A DNA stretch of 64,000 bases. Origin: Candidatus Poribacteria bacterium (lineage in GTDB: Bacteria; Poribacteria; WGA-4E; WGA-3G). The translations under genes and the position numbers were made by a program. Positions within the stretch are counted from its first letter, which is position 1; every line of letters begins with the position of its first letter. A model generated the notes under the pieces. The model saw only the letters and a program-made list of their open reading frames with translations. It was not told the origin of the DNA and searched no databases. The stretch spans positions 4,576,001 through 4,640,000 of the forward strand of contig OZ242029.1 in the NCBI GenBank assembly GCA_965205015.1, written 5' to 3'. Shown one piece after another: positions 1 through 10,238 of this stretch.

Positions 1-2
1 AG

Positions 3-2045
3 AATCGTTCCTCGGCACTGCCTTACGACTATATCAGCAAGGCAGATGAGAAAATCATCCAAGGAGCCATTGACGCGGCACCCTCTCAAAAGGACTATCC
101 AGAAGATGGTGCGGTCGTCCTTTGGGAGAGCGTTGATGTAGACATCGATGAAAAGAGTCGTTATATCTATTCTACACGGCGCGTCGTCAAAATCCTGAAT
201 GAAGATGGTGCAGGTCTCGGCGAAATTAGCATCCCTTATATGCGTGGCAAAGATGATGTCACGATCCATCACGCCCGGACATTTACCCCTGATGGTAGCG
301 TCGTTGAACTGGATTTGAACAATGTGGTTACGAATATCCCGCCACCGAGTGCTGTGGATGCCGGTTTATACGTCGATGCACGCTTGATGTACTTCACACT
401 TCCAGAAATCTCCGATGGCTGCATCATAGACTACGCCTATTCCACGAACAATCTTGGACACGTCATGCGGGGTGAGTTTTGGCGTAAGGTCTATTTTCAA
501 GGCTCACAACCCGTGCAGTACTATCGTTTCACCGTACATATCCCGAAGAAAAAGCAACTTTACTATCAGATTTCAGGCGCGCCGGAGGTTACAGCAGGTT
601 TACAATCAAGTGCTTCTTTTCTCAATATTGAACCCACAATTACTGAGAATAACTACATCCGCACCTATACCTTTGAAGTGCAAGATGTCCCGCCCTTGAA
701 AGAAGAATATCTGATGCCTGCTCCGCAAGATCTCGCTTATAGCATTAGCATCTCCTCCATTGATTCTTGGGATAAATTAGTGACGTGGTATGCGACGCTC
801 ATTCGGGAGCAAGATACCATCACACCCGAAATTACGAAAAAGACCGATCAGATCCTCCGCGGTGCTTGGTCCCGGACGGAAAAAGTGAAACGCCTTTATG
901 AATACGTCGCGACGAACATCCAGTATCTCGGCTATGAACTCGGAATTTGGGCAATCAAACCGTATCCAGCGGACTTCGTTTTGAAAGTCGGGAAAGGGGA
1001 TTGTAAGGACAAAACGACGCTCCTCTCTACGATGCTTTCATCCGTGGGTATTAATTCCTATCCTGTTCTCATCTCAGCTGGCGATACACGCGGCGTTAAC
1101 GCCCATCTTCCTGATGGTGGTTCGGAGGTCGAGGCGGTCCCTTCACTCGCTTATTTCAATCACATGATTCTTGCTGTTGAAGGAAGCAAAAATGAATTCA
1201 TCTGGCTCGATCCGACAGCAGAGACGTGCGCTTTTGGGGATTTCCCTGCCGGTGACCAAGACAGGTGGGCACTGATCATCAACCCGCGGTTTCTAACAGA
1301 TAGCCGTCAGTCTTCGGAAATCGACGGTTCCCGACAATTGACAGCCGATAGCCCATCAATGGAAAACAGGCTCTATCTCTTTCGGAAGAGTCCTTCCAAA
1401 GAGGCAACATCGAATGTGAAACGCGTTCGGACCCGCGTAGCAGTGAAAAAAGATATGAGTGTCTCTGTTCACCAAGAGTTGACAGTGACAGGGGTTTTTA
1501 ACATGAAACTCAGAAGTCAACTCGCGCACCTTCAGACTTCAGAGGAAAAAGCAGAGTTCTTCCATAAAGCGTTGGAATTGGACGAACGTGCCAAGGTCAC
1601 GGAGGTTGAAGTCTCTGGGCTTTCAAAGTTAGATGGCGAATTGAAGGTCGACGTCACGTGGACATGTCAGGAGTATTTGTACGCTATCGGCAGTCAATTT
1701 GTCCTTGAATTACCGATCGTCAAACACCCCTATGCGGAGTTATTGAGTGAAGAACGCCGGATGTACCCTGCTATTATTGGTAAGGCATTAACGCTTGAGG
1801 ACAAGATCAGTGTCAGCACGGATGCCCCCTTTCGGATTGATACCGTTCCTGAGGAGCAAACGTTGAAGACCGATGTCGCAGAAATACAGATCCGCTATGC
1901 GCACTCTAAACGCAAAGCCGAGATGCATCAAACGATCCGTTTCCTGACCCCGAGGGTCACACCGGATAACATTTACCATCTCAAAGATGTCGTCAGAATC
2001 GCCTCAAATCGAGGACCGAAACGATTCATATTGACGCAGGATTAG
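3..2045 (+). CDS. DUF3857 + transglutaminase-like domain protein, 5'-truncated at the window edge
   Basis: Frame is open from base 3 into ORF 240..2045; motifs GDCKDK (catalytic Cys), FNHMI and WLDPT; DUF3857-type 'G.IIDYAY' segment. Confidence 0.9.
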   Translation, partial: NRSSALPYDYISKADEKIIQGAIDAAPSQKDYPEDGAVVLWESVDVDIDEKSRYIYSTRRVVKILNEDGAGLGEISIPYMRGKDDVTIHHARTFTPDGSVVELDLNNVVTNIPPPSAVDAGLYVDARLMYFTLPEISDGCIIDYAYSTNNLGHVMRGEFWRKVYFQGSQPVQYYRFTVHIPKKKQLYYQISGAPEVTAGLQSSASFLNIEPTITENNYIRTYTFEVQDVPPLKEEYLMPAPQDLAYSISISSIDSWDKLVTWYATLIREQDTITPEITKKTDQILRGAWSRTEKVKRLYEYVATNIQYLGYELGIWAIKPYPADFVLKVGKGDCKDKTTLLSTMLSSVGINSYPVLISAGDTRGVNAHLPDGGSEVEAVPSLAYFNHMILAVEGSKNEFIWLDPTAETCAFGDFPAGDQDRWALIINPRFLTDSRQSSEIDGSRQLTADSPSMENRLYLFRKSPSKEATSNVKRVRTRVAVKKDMSVSVHQELTVTGVFNMKLRSQLAHLQTSEEKAEFFHKALELDERAKVTEVEVSGLSKLDGELKVDVTWTCQEYLYAIGSQFVLELPIVKHPYAELLSEERRMYPAIIGKALTLEDKISVSTDAPFRIDTVPEEQTLKTDVAEIQIRYAHSKRKAEMHQTIRFLTPRVTPDNIYHLKDVVRIASNRGPKRFILTQD

Positions 2046-2135
2046 TTGTCAGTTGTCAGTTGTCAGTTATCAGTTATAAGAGGGCTTTGCTAAACGAAAC
2101 CTCTTACCTGAAGACTGCAGACTGTTAACTGAATA
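2044..2135 (+). repeat. Heptamer-flanked MITE/REP-like element, intergenic copy
   Basis: (AGTTGTC)x3+AGTTATC, core AAGAGGG...AAACCTCTT, then inverted ACTG.. heptamers; closely similar to 17898-17990. Confidence 0.8.
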
Positions 2136-2283
2136 GTAATAAAAGATGCCCAGCAACAGTTATCAGATTTTCCGCTATGGAACCGATTGAAATTTACCGC
2201 ACAGATTCTCAAACCCAGTTGGAATTGATCGAGAACCTGCGCGTAATGTAATGGAGCGCAGTCCAGGAGGCCATAATTAAAAA

Positions 2284-3291
2284 ATGCCAGCAACAGAAGA
2301 AGTTCAAGCAATAGAAGAGTTGATGAAAAGCCAAGAGTTGATTTTAGGGCAACTCAAAAAGGTAATCGTTGGGCAAGAGGAAGTTATCAATCAGATGTTG
2401 ATGGCACTTTTTGCTGGCGGACACTGCTTATTAGAGGGTGTCCCTGGGCTTGCCAAAACTCTCATAATTAGGACATTGGCACAAATTCTGAACCTTAAAT
2501 TTAAGCGGATCCAGTTCACGCCTGATCTCATGCCAGCCGACATCACCGGAACCGATGTCCTCGAGGAAGATCGCACGACCGGGCATCGCACGATCCGATT
2601 TATTCAGGGACCCATTTTCGCTAACATCCTCCTCGCCGATGAAATCAATCGGACACCGCCGAAAACACAAGCCGCACTCTTAGAGGCGATGCAGGAGTAT
2701 CACGTTACTGCCGGGGGAACGGAATTCGCATTGGAACAACCTTTCTTTGTGCTCGCTACACAGAATCCGATCGAGCAAGAAGGAACATATCCACTTCCAG
2801 AGGCGCAGTTAGATCGGTTCATGTTCAAAATCGTCATTGATTATCCGACAGAGACAGAGGAAACGGACATCGTTTCCACAACGACCGGTGCAGATATACC
2901 CGAACTTGACACCCTACTGTCTGGACACGTTATCGTAGCACTCCATGATATTGTGAGACGGGTGCCTGCCGCCGACAACGTCGTGCAATACGCTGTGAAA
3001 ATTGCGCGCGCAACCCGTCCGAAAGAGGAGGACGCACCCGATTTCATCCAGCAATGGGTGCGATGGGGCGCGGGACCCCGTGCGGGGCAGTATCTCATCT
3101 TAGGGGCAAAAGCCCGCGCGATTCTACGAGGTCGCTACAACGCCTCTTGTGAAGACGTGAAATCTGTCGCGCCTTCGGTTCTACGTCATCGCGTCTTAAC
3201 CAATTTCCATGCCGAAGCCGAGGGTGTCGACTCTGACACCGTCATCCAACGCCTACTCGACACAGTGCAGGAACCCGCTGCAAGGTTGTAG
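2284..3291 (+). CDS. MoxR family AAA+ ATPase
   Basis: GVPGLAKT Walker [40 protein letters not shown]. Confidence 0.95.
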   Translation: MPATEEVQAIEELMKSQELILGQLKKVIVGQEEVINQMLMALFAGGHCLLEGVPGLAKTLIIRTLAQILNLKFKRIQFTPDLMPADITGTDVLEEDRTTGHRTIRFIQGPIFANILLADEINRTPPKTQAALLEAMQEYHVTAGGTEFALEQPFFVLATQNPIEQEGTYPLPEAQLDRFMFKIVIDYPTETEETDIVSTTTGADIPELDTLLSGHVIVALHDIVRRVPAADNVVQYAVKIARATRPKEEDAPDFIQQWVRWGAGPRAGQYLILGAKARAILRGRYNASCEDVKSVAPSVLRHRVLTNFHAEAEGVDSDTVIQRLLDTVQEPAARL

Positions 3292-4014
3292 ATGTCAGCA
3301 GAAAAAATCTCGGTTATCATTCCAGTCCTCAATGAGGAAAACGCCATTGCCAACGTCATCACCGATATTCCGAAGACCGTGCGGACCTTTGACGAAAAAA
3401 TTGAGGCCACAGTCGAGGAAATCATCGTTGTTGACAACGGCTGCACGGACAACACCGCCACAATTGCACACCGGAGCGGGGCAAAGGTGATAACTGAACC
3501 ACGACGGGGGTATGGATCCGCGTGTCTCGCCGGAATTGCGGCACTCACGACGACTGAACCGGACATCGTCGTTTTTCTGGATGGCGACTATAGCGACTAT
3601 CCGACAGATATGTCGTACCTCCTCCATCCGATACTTGAAGGCAAAACCGACTTTGTCATTGGTGCGAGAACCGCGGACAACGCAAGGGACGCGTTGTTAC
3701 CGCAAGCACGCTTCGGCAATTGGCTCGCCTGTTTCTTGATAAAGCACTTCTATGGCGTGCGCTATACAGATTTGGGTCCCTTTCGAGCGATCCGGTATCC
3801 GCAGCTCCTCGCTTTGAACATGCAGGATAAAACTTTCGGATGGACGGTCGAGATGCAACTCAAAGCCGCAAAGCAGGACATCTCTGTGTGTGAAGTTCCT
3901 GTTCGTTATCGGAAGCGGATTGGGGTCTCTAAAATCACTGGCACCTTCACCGGCACCCTCAAAGCCGGCTATAAGATCCTCACAACCCTCATCTACTACC
4001 GCTTTACGGAATGA
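3292..4014 (+). CDS. Glycosyltransferase family 2 (Dpm1-like)
   Basis: VIIPVLNEE, VVDNGCTD, FLDGD, R..G.SK. Confidence 0.92.
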   Translation: MSAEKISVIIPVLNEENAIANVITDIPKTVRTFDEKIEATVEEIIVVDNGCTDNTATIAHRSGAKVITEPRRGYGSACLAGIAALTTTEPDIVVFLDGDYSDYPTDMSYLLHPILEGKTDFVIGARTADNARDALLPQARFGNWLACFLIKHFYGVRYTDLGPFRAIRYPQLLALNMQDKTFGWTVEMQLKAAKQDISVCEVPVRYRKRIGVSKITGTFTGTLKAGYKILTTLIYYRFTE

Positions 4015-4015
4015 T

Positions 4016-4996
4016 ATGTTAGCAAAATTTTGGATTATAATTACAGCAGTAATCGTTCTTACTTCACCGGTGGTCGCTGATGAGATAAAGATCGCTAGCT
4101 GGAATATACAACAACTCGGTCAAACTAAGGCGGGGATTAATACGAGTAAGAATGAGAAGACCAAAGCCCGGACTGAATATCATAAGGCTAATGACACCAT
4201 AGGCAAGATAGCAGAAATCATAAAAAAGGGCAAATTTGATGTCGTTGCTATCCAAGAGGTTCAAGATATAGGTTTTAAAACCTTACCAAAACTATTAGAC
4301 ACTTTAGGCGCAAATTGGAAGTATATTGAAAGTGAAAGAACCGGTAGAGAGAAAAAAGAACAATATGCTATATTTTTTAACCCTGTAAAGTTAACACCAA
4401 AAGGCACTATACATCTCCATGATGATATGGAAGATGGTTGGGATCATTTCTCAAGAGACCCTGGATACGCGAGTTTTTCATATCGGGATTTTGAGTTTAT
4501 CATCATTACGTGCCATTTAGATCCTGACACACACGCTGCTTATGAAACAGAGCGTTTGGATGATGTTTATGAAGCCGTGAAACGCAAAACAGGCAATCCA
4601 AATATCTTGGTATTAGGGGATTTCAATTTAGAAGAGGGTCCAGAGGATATAGCATTCCAAGATGAGGGTCTTTTAGATGAGAAAAATTACCCTGAAATGA
4701 AGGCGGTTTTAGAGGCAACTTATGATACAACGGTCGCTGGCGAAAATGATGCAACGACTCTTGATAATATCCTGTTTAATTCTGGCCAATTTGAATTAAA
4801 AGAAAAAGGGGTGTATCGTTTTGATGACGAATTAGGTGAAGGTTATGATAAAGACATCTCCGATCACTACCCTGTGTGGGCTATCTTTGAGATACCGGAT
4901 GTCGAGGCGGCTGATGCCTCTCCATTTGCACCACAAGCCCCTTCTATGACAAAAATTGAACCCTCAACATGGAGCTCTCTCAGAAATCTAAATTAG
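4016..4996 (+). CDS. Secreted endonuclease/exonuclease/phosphatase (DNase I-like) family protein
   Basis: Signal peptide from ATG 4016; motifs SWNI, IQEV, CHL, GDFN, LDNI, SDHYPV; AT-rich. Confidence 0.9.
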   Translation: MLAKFWIIITAVIVLTSPVVADEIKIASWNIQQLGQTKAGINTSKNEKTKARTEYHKANDTIGKIAEIIKKGKFDVVAIQEVQDIGFKTLPKLLDTLGANWKYIESERTGREKKEQYAIFFNPVKLTPKGTIHLHDDMEDGWDHFSRDPGYASFSYRDFEFIIITCHLDPDTHAAYETERLDDVYEAVKRKTGNPNILVLGDFNLEEGPEDIAFQDEGLLDEKNYPEMKAVLEATYDTTVAGENDATTLDNILFNSGQFELKEKGVYRFDDELGEGYDKDISDHYPVWAIFEIPDVEAADASPFAPQAPSMTKIEPSTWSSLRNLN

Positions 4997-5026
4997 AGTT
5001 TTTTCAACTACAATCTATAGGTATCA

Positions 5027-5380
5027 ATGAACATGGATAACTTGCCTAAACATAACCAAAAACCAACAGAAAAAGGCAGAATCAAACTTATAGATATTGT
5101 CGCGCTCACACAGGATGTCCCAGAGCATAATCTTAAATGTGGAGAAGTCGGCACAATCGTTGAAATCCTTGAAAACGGCGAAGCAGTTGAGGTTGAATTC
5201 AGCAATGACAATGGGCAGATGCATAAGGGGCTGAGTTTCCCCGCATCTCAACTTAAGGTACTTTACCAAGAACCGATATCAGAATCAAAGCAGAAACAAA
5301 AATCCACTTCCAAACACACCAAATCCACCAAATCCGATAAACTCGCGATTCAGGCAATAACCACCAATTCCCACAATTGA
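5027..5380 (+). CDS. DUF4926 domain protein with low-complexity C-terminal tail
   Basis: IDIVALTQDVPEHNL..GEVGTIVEIL..GEAVEVEFS..NG pattern. Confidence 0.8.
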   Translation: MNMDNLPKHNQKPTEKGRIKLIDIVALTQDVPEHNLKCGEVGTIVEILENGEAVEVEFSNDNGQMHKGLSFPASQLKVLYQEPISESKQKQKSTSKHTKSTKSDKLAIQAITTNSHN

Positions 5381-5418
5381 CCGCCATAATCCTGCAAATC
5401 TTGATTCAGAAGAGGGAG

Positions 5419-5442
5419 TCGGGATTCGGAGATCCCTCCTAC
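5419..5442. repeat. REP-like hairpin ending in CCTAC (GTAGG on minus strand)
   Basis: TCGGGATTCGGAGATCCCTCCTAC; similar copies at 55143-55166, 29265-29288 and 21372-21394. Confidence 0.75.
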
Positions 5443-5469
5443 CGAAGATAAGCCCCAACCATATTTTCC

Positions 5470-5498
5470 TTGCTTTATTGGCAACGTACTGATATAAT
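5470..5498 (+). promoter_or_regulatory. sigma70-type promoter of the Crp/Fnr gene
   Basis: TTGCTT-N17-TATAAT with extended -10 TG. Confidence 0.7.
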
Positions 5499-5581
5499 TA
5501 AGGAAAAAGAACACTGCAATTTCCAGTGAACGGTCTCAAAAGAGTCCACGCTTAACCAGAAACCGATAGGGTGATCGTAGT

Positions 5582-6463
5582 ATGGTGACACAAAAAAAAA
5601 TCCCAGAGAGATTCTGGTGCGTTAAAGGGATAGACATCTTCCGAGACCTGACGGAAACAGATGCTGACGCGCTCGCACGGATAACGACTTTCGTCGAGTT
5701 AAAACACGGAGACACACTCTCCGCCGAAGGTGTTTATCTGTTGAAGGAAGGTCGCATCAAAATTCATCAAACACCCCCTGAAGGTGAAGCGATCACCTTA
5801 GATGTGTTGGAAGCTGGCGAATTCTTTGGGGCAGTGCGCTGGGAGGATAACGTTGCAGGTCCCAACGTCACCGCTGAGATATTTACAGAGGTTTCCGTTG
5901 TCGGAGTTGTTAGTGTCCAGAACTTCCAATATTTCTTGAAACGAAAACCGCACTTGGCGATGCCAGCGCAGAGAACTTTAGGAAGTCTTCTAAAGAGGCA
6001 TCTACGGTGGCGTGCGGCGGAATCAGGGAATTACAATCTCGTAACTTCATGTCAGAAACCGCGCAGGGGATTGACGAACCCTTTTCTAAACATTGCGTTC
6101 CGAAGTCCGGCGTCGCGACTCGCGCTTCTGTTACAAAACTGTGCCGACGCACCGGAACACAGGCGCACAGCGATGGGACGTAGTGCACAGTGTGTCTTAC
6201 GTAAACTCTCAACGAAGCGGTTGGCACAACTCATCGGCAGTTCCGTTGAGCAGATGGAAGCACTTCTCAATCAGTTTAAACAGCATCAGATCATCAAGAA
6301 ACGGTTTCGGCGGATTCAGATACTTGACCCGTGGCAACTAAAAAAGATTGCCAACGCAAGAATGAAAACGCTACCCCCTGAAACGATCAAAAGTCAAGAG
6401 AACACCCAAAATTATGAGCAAGAAGAACCCTTATTTGCAGCTCGACCAGCAGATGGTCGGTGA
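5582..6463 (+). CDS. Crp/Fnr family transcriptional regulator
   Basis: cNMP-binding barrel (VYLLKEGRIKI...GEFFG) and HTH (LAQLIGSSVEQ...L..F). Confidence 0.85.
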   Translation: MVTQKKIPERFWCVKGIDIFRDLTETDADALARITTFVELKHGDTLSAEGVYLLKEGRIKIHQTPPEGEAITLDVLEAGEFFGAVRWEDNVAGPNVTAEIFTEVSVVGVVSVQNFQYFLKRKPHLAMPAQRTLGSLLKRHLRWRAAESGNYNLVTSCQKPRRGLTNPFLNIAFRSPASRLALLLQNCADAPEHRRTAMGRSAQCVLRKLSTKRLAQLIGSSVEQMEALLNQFKQHQIIKKRFRRIQILDPWQLKKIANARMKTLPPETIKSQENTQNYEQEEPLFAARPADGR

Positions 6464-7793
6464 CATCTACACTTCACAAGAAGTGATGGAAAATCTGACA
6501 GTCTTATGCGATGAATACGGTGCTCGGTTCGCCGGAACACCTGAGGAATATGACGCCGCAAACTTCATCGCTGCGTGTTTCAAACGTTACGGACTCCAGA
6601 ATGTCAAACTTGAGACATATCCCTACGCTGGCTGGACGCGTGGCACGGCGACACTTGAGGTTCTCGAACCGATTCGTCGAACCCTGCACTGCATCTCGTT
6701 ACCCTACTGCCCCGCTGCCGACATCACCACGGAACTGGTCTCTGTTGGATGTGGAAGCCCTGACGAATACACTGCACTCGGTGGTACGGCTACCGATAAA
6801 CTGGTCATGGCAAAAAGTGCCTCGCCGCCGGATCTCGGAAGATGGGTACATCGCAAGGAGAAGTTTGAACGCGCCGTGCTTGCGGGTGCGAGTGGATTTA
6901 TTTTTGTCAGTGAACATCCTGGTGTAGGTCCCGAAACGGGAAGCCTTCAAAATGACAGACGCGCCCCAATCCCCGGTATATCCGTTTGCAAAGAGGATGG
7001 CGAATTCTTGGCACGGTTGATAGCACGAGGAAACGGGAAAGTAACATTAAAACTCCAGACAACGGACATCAATGAACCGAGGACCTCGTGGAACGTTGTC
7101 GCAGATTTGCCCGGTAATGAAAACGCCGATGAGATGGTGGTTGTGGGGTGTCATTACGATGGACACGATATTTCACAGGGCGCGCACGACCCCGCTTCAG
7201 GCATGGTATCCGTCATAGAAGCCGCTCGTGTGCTATCTGCGTATGCCGCTGATTCGCTCAAGTGCACCATCCGTTTCATCGCTTTCGGAACGGAAGAAAT
7301 CGGACTGACGGGTGCATTTCGTTATGTTGACGCGCACGCGGCGGAGTTGGATAACATTCGGTTTATGCTCAATATGGATGCGGCAGGCGGTGCAAGTCGT
7401 AAGGGCATTGTCCTCCACCACTGGGACGCGTTGGAATCCTTCTTTAGCACTGCATGTGAGCAGATGCACGCTGAAATGCCGGTTGGACAAAAGGTGCATT
7501 CCTACTCCGACCATTTTCCATTTTTTCTTAAGGGTGTACCTTCAAGCCACATGGGGGATCCAGAGGCACCTCCTGGTGGTAGAGGTTTCGGTCATACGGC
7601 TTATGATACACTGGACAAGGTGGAATTGGAGAATCTACGGGCTGCCAGTGCGGTCGGCGCACGAGTCGCCCTCCGCTGTGCGAATGCCGATGATTTTCCT
7701 GCCAAACGCCGGACATCCGAAGCGGTTCAAGAAATCGTTGACACTGACCCAGGGTTAGAGGGGTATCGAATCTCACTTAAACTGACTCGCTAA
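6414..7793 (+). CDS. M28 family peptidase with PA domain
   Basis: GCHYD, GAHDPASG, EEIGL, NMD, SDH, HTAYDTLDK. Confidence 0.92.
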   Translation: MSKKNPYLQLDQQMVGDIYTSQEVMENLTVLCDEYGARFAGTPEEYDAANFIAACFKRYGLQNVKLETYPYAGWTRGTATLEVLEPIRRTLHCISLPYCPAADITTELVSVGCGSPDEYTALGGTATDKLVMAKSASPPDLGRWVHRKEKFERAVLAGASGFIFVSEHPGVGPETGSLQNDRRAPIPGISVCKEDGEFLARLIARGNGKVTLKLQTTDINEPRTSWNVVADLPGNENADEMVVVGCHYDGHDISQGAHDPASGMVSVIEAARVLSAYAADSLKCTIRFIAFGTEEIGLTGAFRYVDAHAAELDNIRFMLNMDAAGGASRKGIVLHHWDALESFFSTACEQMHAEMPVGQKVHSYSDHFPFFLKGVPSSHMGDPEAPPGGRGFGHTAYDTLDKVELENLRAASAVGARVALRCANADDFPAKRRTSEAVQEIVDTDPGLEGYRISLKLTR

Positions 7794-7869
7794 GTTAAAG
7801 AATAGCATTGTCCCGCAAGCCCATACGCGGCTTGCGCCGCAGTCGGCTTTCAGCAGCCGGTTCAGATTC

Positions 7870-9297
7870 ATGGGCACTACACATTATCCAATTAAACTCT
7901 TAATCCTCATTTCAATACTTATCGGCGCATTTTGTACCACAGTTTACAGTGCTGGATCCGATAAAGAAGCGGGGGTGGGCAACCTCGCCAGCGACGCAGT
8001 CTCGGTATCGCGGCGCACTGCAATTGTTACAGCAGTCGCGAACGCGAGTCCCGCAGTCGTCAATATCAGTGCTGTCCGGAGCGTTGAAACGCGTACCTCC
8101 TTTGACGAATGGTTCTGGGGCGAAATTCCGTATCCTCGTAGACGCGCCTTACGAGAGGTCGGTTCTGGCGTTATCGTTGATAAGAAGGGACACATCCTGA
8201 CCAACTATCACGTCATCAGAGATGCCGATAAAATTACCGTCGCCATCTCTGATGGACGAGAATTTGAGGCACAGATTGTCGGATATGACCTTTTCTCAGA
8301 CCTTGCCCTCTTAGAGATCGAGACGGACGGGGTATCGTTACCGGAAATTCAGTGGGGAGACTCAGATTCGCTTTTGATCGGTGAATGGGTCGTCGCCATT
8401 GGAAATCCGTTCGGTTTGTCATTAGGCGACGCACAACCCACGGTCACCGCTGGTATCGTGAGTGCGACACAACGGACGCTCACAGTCGAAGACCTGTATC
8501 ATGAAGACCTGATTCAAACGGATGCTTCCATTAATCCGGGCAACAGTGGCGGGGCATTGGTAAACACCCACGGTGAACTTATCGGTATAAACACCGTCAT
8601 CCGTTCAACGAGTGGTGGCTCACAAGGCGTCGGTTTTGCGATTCCAGTCAATAAAGCGAGGCGGGTCGTCCAACAGATTACTGAGTATGGCAGTGTTATT
8701 CCCCCCTACTTTGCCTTGGAGGTACAACCCGTAACGGAAGAATTGGCAGAAAAGTTGTCGATGCCGCGCAACACCGGGGTTTTGGTATCGGAAATAGGGA
8801 AACGCAGCCCTATTGCTAATGCGGGCATTAAACGGGGAGATGTCATTGTTAGCATTTCAGGACAACGGCTCAAAGACGAACAGGACTTTAACGCACGCAC
8901 GCGTCTGCTTCCACTGAATCAACCTGTCCAGTGCGAGTTCATTCGCCGGGGGAAAAGGCGGCAGACTGAATTCACATTGAAAACGCTACAATGGAATTAT
9001 ACACCCCGCGGATGGGGTATAGCGCTTGCCCAACCTGATAAGGCGATGTCCAAAAAATATAAGCAGCGCGGTGTTATTGTCACGCACGTTGAAAAAGACA
9101 GTGGATTGGCGAGCGCGCTGGAACGTGGGGATTTTATCTACCAAATCGACGATACTCCCATCCATTCGCTTGAAATTTTCAAAATTGTTGATGACCATAT
9201 CCGCACCCAAAATAGGGCGCAAGTCTATTTTGAGCGAGACGGCATCTATCGAGCCGTTCCCGTCAGTTTTTTTAATAGAAACAATCGGCGGAGATAA
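7870..9297 (+). CDS. HtrA/DegQ-like serine protease with PDZ domains
   Basis: Signal peptide; catalytic triad motifs TNYHV, DLALL, QTDASINPGNSGG; two PDZ-like regions. Confidence 0.95.
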   Translation: MGTTHYPIKLLILISILIGAFCTTVYSAGSDKEAGVGNLASDAVSVSRRTAIVTAVANASPAVVNISAVRSVETRTSFDEWFWGEIPYPRRRALREVGSGVIVDKKGHILTNYHVIRDADKITVAISDGREFEAQIVGYDLFSDLALLEIETDGVSLPEIQWGDSDSLLIGEWVVAIGNPFGLSLGDAQPTVTAGIVSATQRTLTVEDLYHEDLIQTDASINPGNSGGALVNTHGELIGINTVIRSTSGGSQGVGFAIPVNKARRVVQQITEYGSVIPPYFALEVQPVTEELAEKLSMPRNTGVLVSEIGKRSPIANAGIKRGDVIVSISGQRLKDEQDFNARTRLLPLNQPVQCEFIRRGKRRQTEFTLKTLQWNYTPRGWGIALAQPDKAMSKKYKQRGVIVTHVEKDSGLASALERGDFIYQIDDTPIHSLEIFKIVDDHIRTQNRAQVYFERDGIYRAVPVSFFNRNNRRR

Positions 9298-9411
9298 GTG
9301 TTTTTAAATCAGGAGCAAACGTCTGGTAATTATCCACGATAATGCACAAATCTAATGGAAACAGATGATCCGTCCAACGGATGGATCGTAGCAAGAGGCA
9401 ATAGGAAAAAA

Positions 9412-10128
9412 ATGAAATTGCAACTACCGACACTCATCGCCGTTTGTCTTGCGATCCTGCTCATTGGGGGTATTTACTTCTTCGGCAGAGACAAGGCAGA
9501 ATTGGGAATTGCCGTTAATTTGGAAAGTGAGGAATTCAAGCAACTCCGAACGCATGCCACTGATGCGTTCAACGCTGGGAAATATCAACAAGCCATTGAA
9601 CTTTACAGCACAGCGTTAAAGATGCGTCCTGAGAACGCTGAAATCTATAATGACCTTGGGACGGTCTACTACGAGCAAGGTCTCAAATACGCCGGACCGA
9701 GCTGGCCCTCGTGGGAGAAGGAGTTGAGAGAAGACTCCGTTGACGAGGCAGTCGCGGAACTCAAAGTCGCTGTTAGCAAAACGGGTTCTGGTGTCATTAC
9801 GTTCAAAACACGAGACGAAGCCGTCGCTGATGCGCTCGAACAAGAGGCAGGACACCTCGACGGAGAGGTATATAGACAGCGTTGGGAAAATGAAACAACG
9901 CTTAATGTTCTCATTGGACAGACAAAAATCTATCTGCTGCGCGCTCGCGACCATTACATCCGTGCTTTGGATCTGAAACCCACGCATAGTGTCGCTTATC
10001 GCAACCTCGGTTCATTTTATATGAAGGTAGGCAGAACCGATAAGGCACTTGATTATTATCAAGAAGCCTACAAATTAGATCCAAGGGATGCCGAGTTGGA
10101 AGAATACCTAAACCAGTTCAGAAAATAG
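9412..10128 (+). CDS. Membrane-anchored tetratricopeptide repeat protein
   Basis: N-terminal TM helix from ATG 9412 after AGGA; TPR motifs AEIYNDLG and AYRNLG..Y...G..DKA...Y..A..LDP. Confidence 0.85.
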   Translation: MKLQLPTLIAVCLAILLIGGIYFFGRDKAELGIAVNLESEEFKQLRTHATDAFNAGKYQQAIELYSTALKMRPENAEIYNDLGTVYYEQGLKYAGPSWPSWEKELREDSVDEAVAELKVAVSKTGSGVITFKTRDEAVADALEQEAGHLDGEVYRQRWENETTLNVLIGQTKIYLLRARDHYIRALDLKPTHSVAYRNLGSFYMKVGRTDKALDYYQEAYKLDPRDAELEEYLNQFRK

Positions 10129-10134
10129 TTTATA

Positions 10135-10230
10135 GTTTTCGGTGCGGGTTGCTACGCAACCCTTTCAGTTCTCGGTAACAAAAGGATTTTGTTAGACCAT
10201 ACCCCTCTTTAACCGATAACCGATAACCAT
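10135..10230 (+). repeat. Heptamer-flanked MITE/REP-like element
   Basis: GTTTTCGG..CAGTTCTCGG, AAAAGGATTTTGTTAG core, (AACCGAT)x2 end; same architecture as 2044-2135. Confidence 0.65.
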
Positions 10231-10238
10231 TTAGAAAT

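Noticed and set aside
3890-4015. Upstream extension of the nuclease ORF
   Set aside because: Overlaps the glycosyltransferase; the signal peptide begins at ATG 4016.
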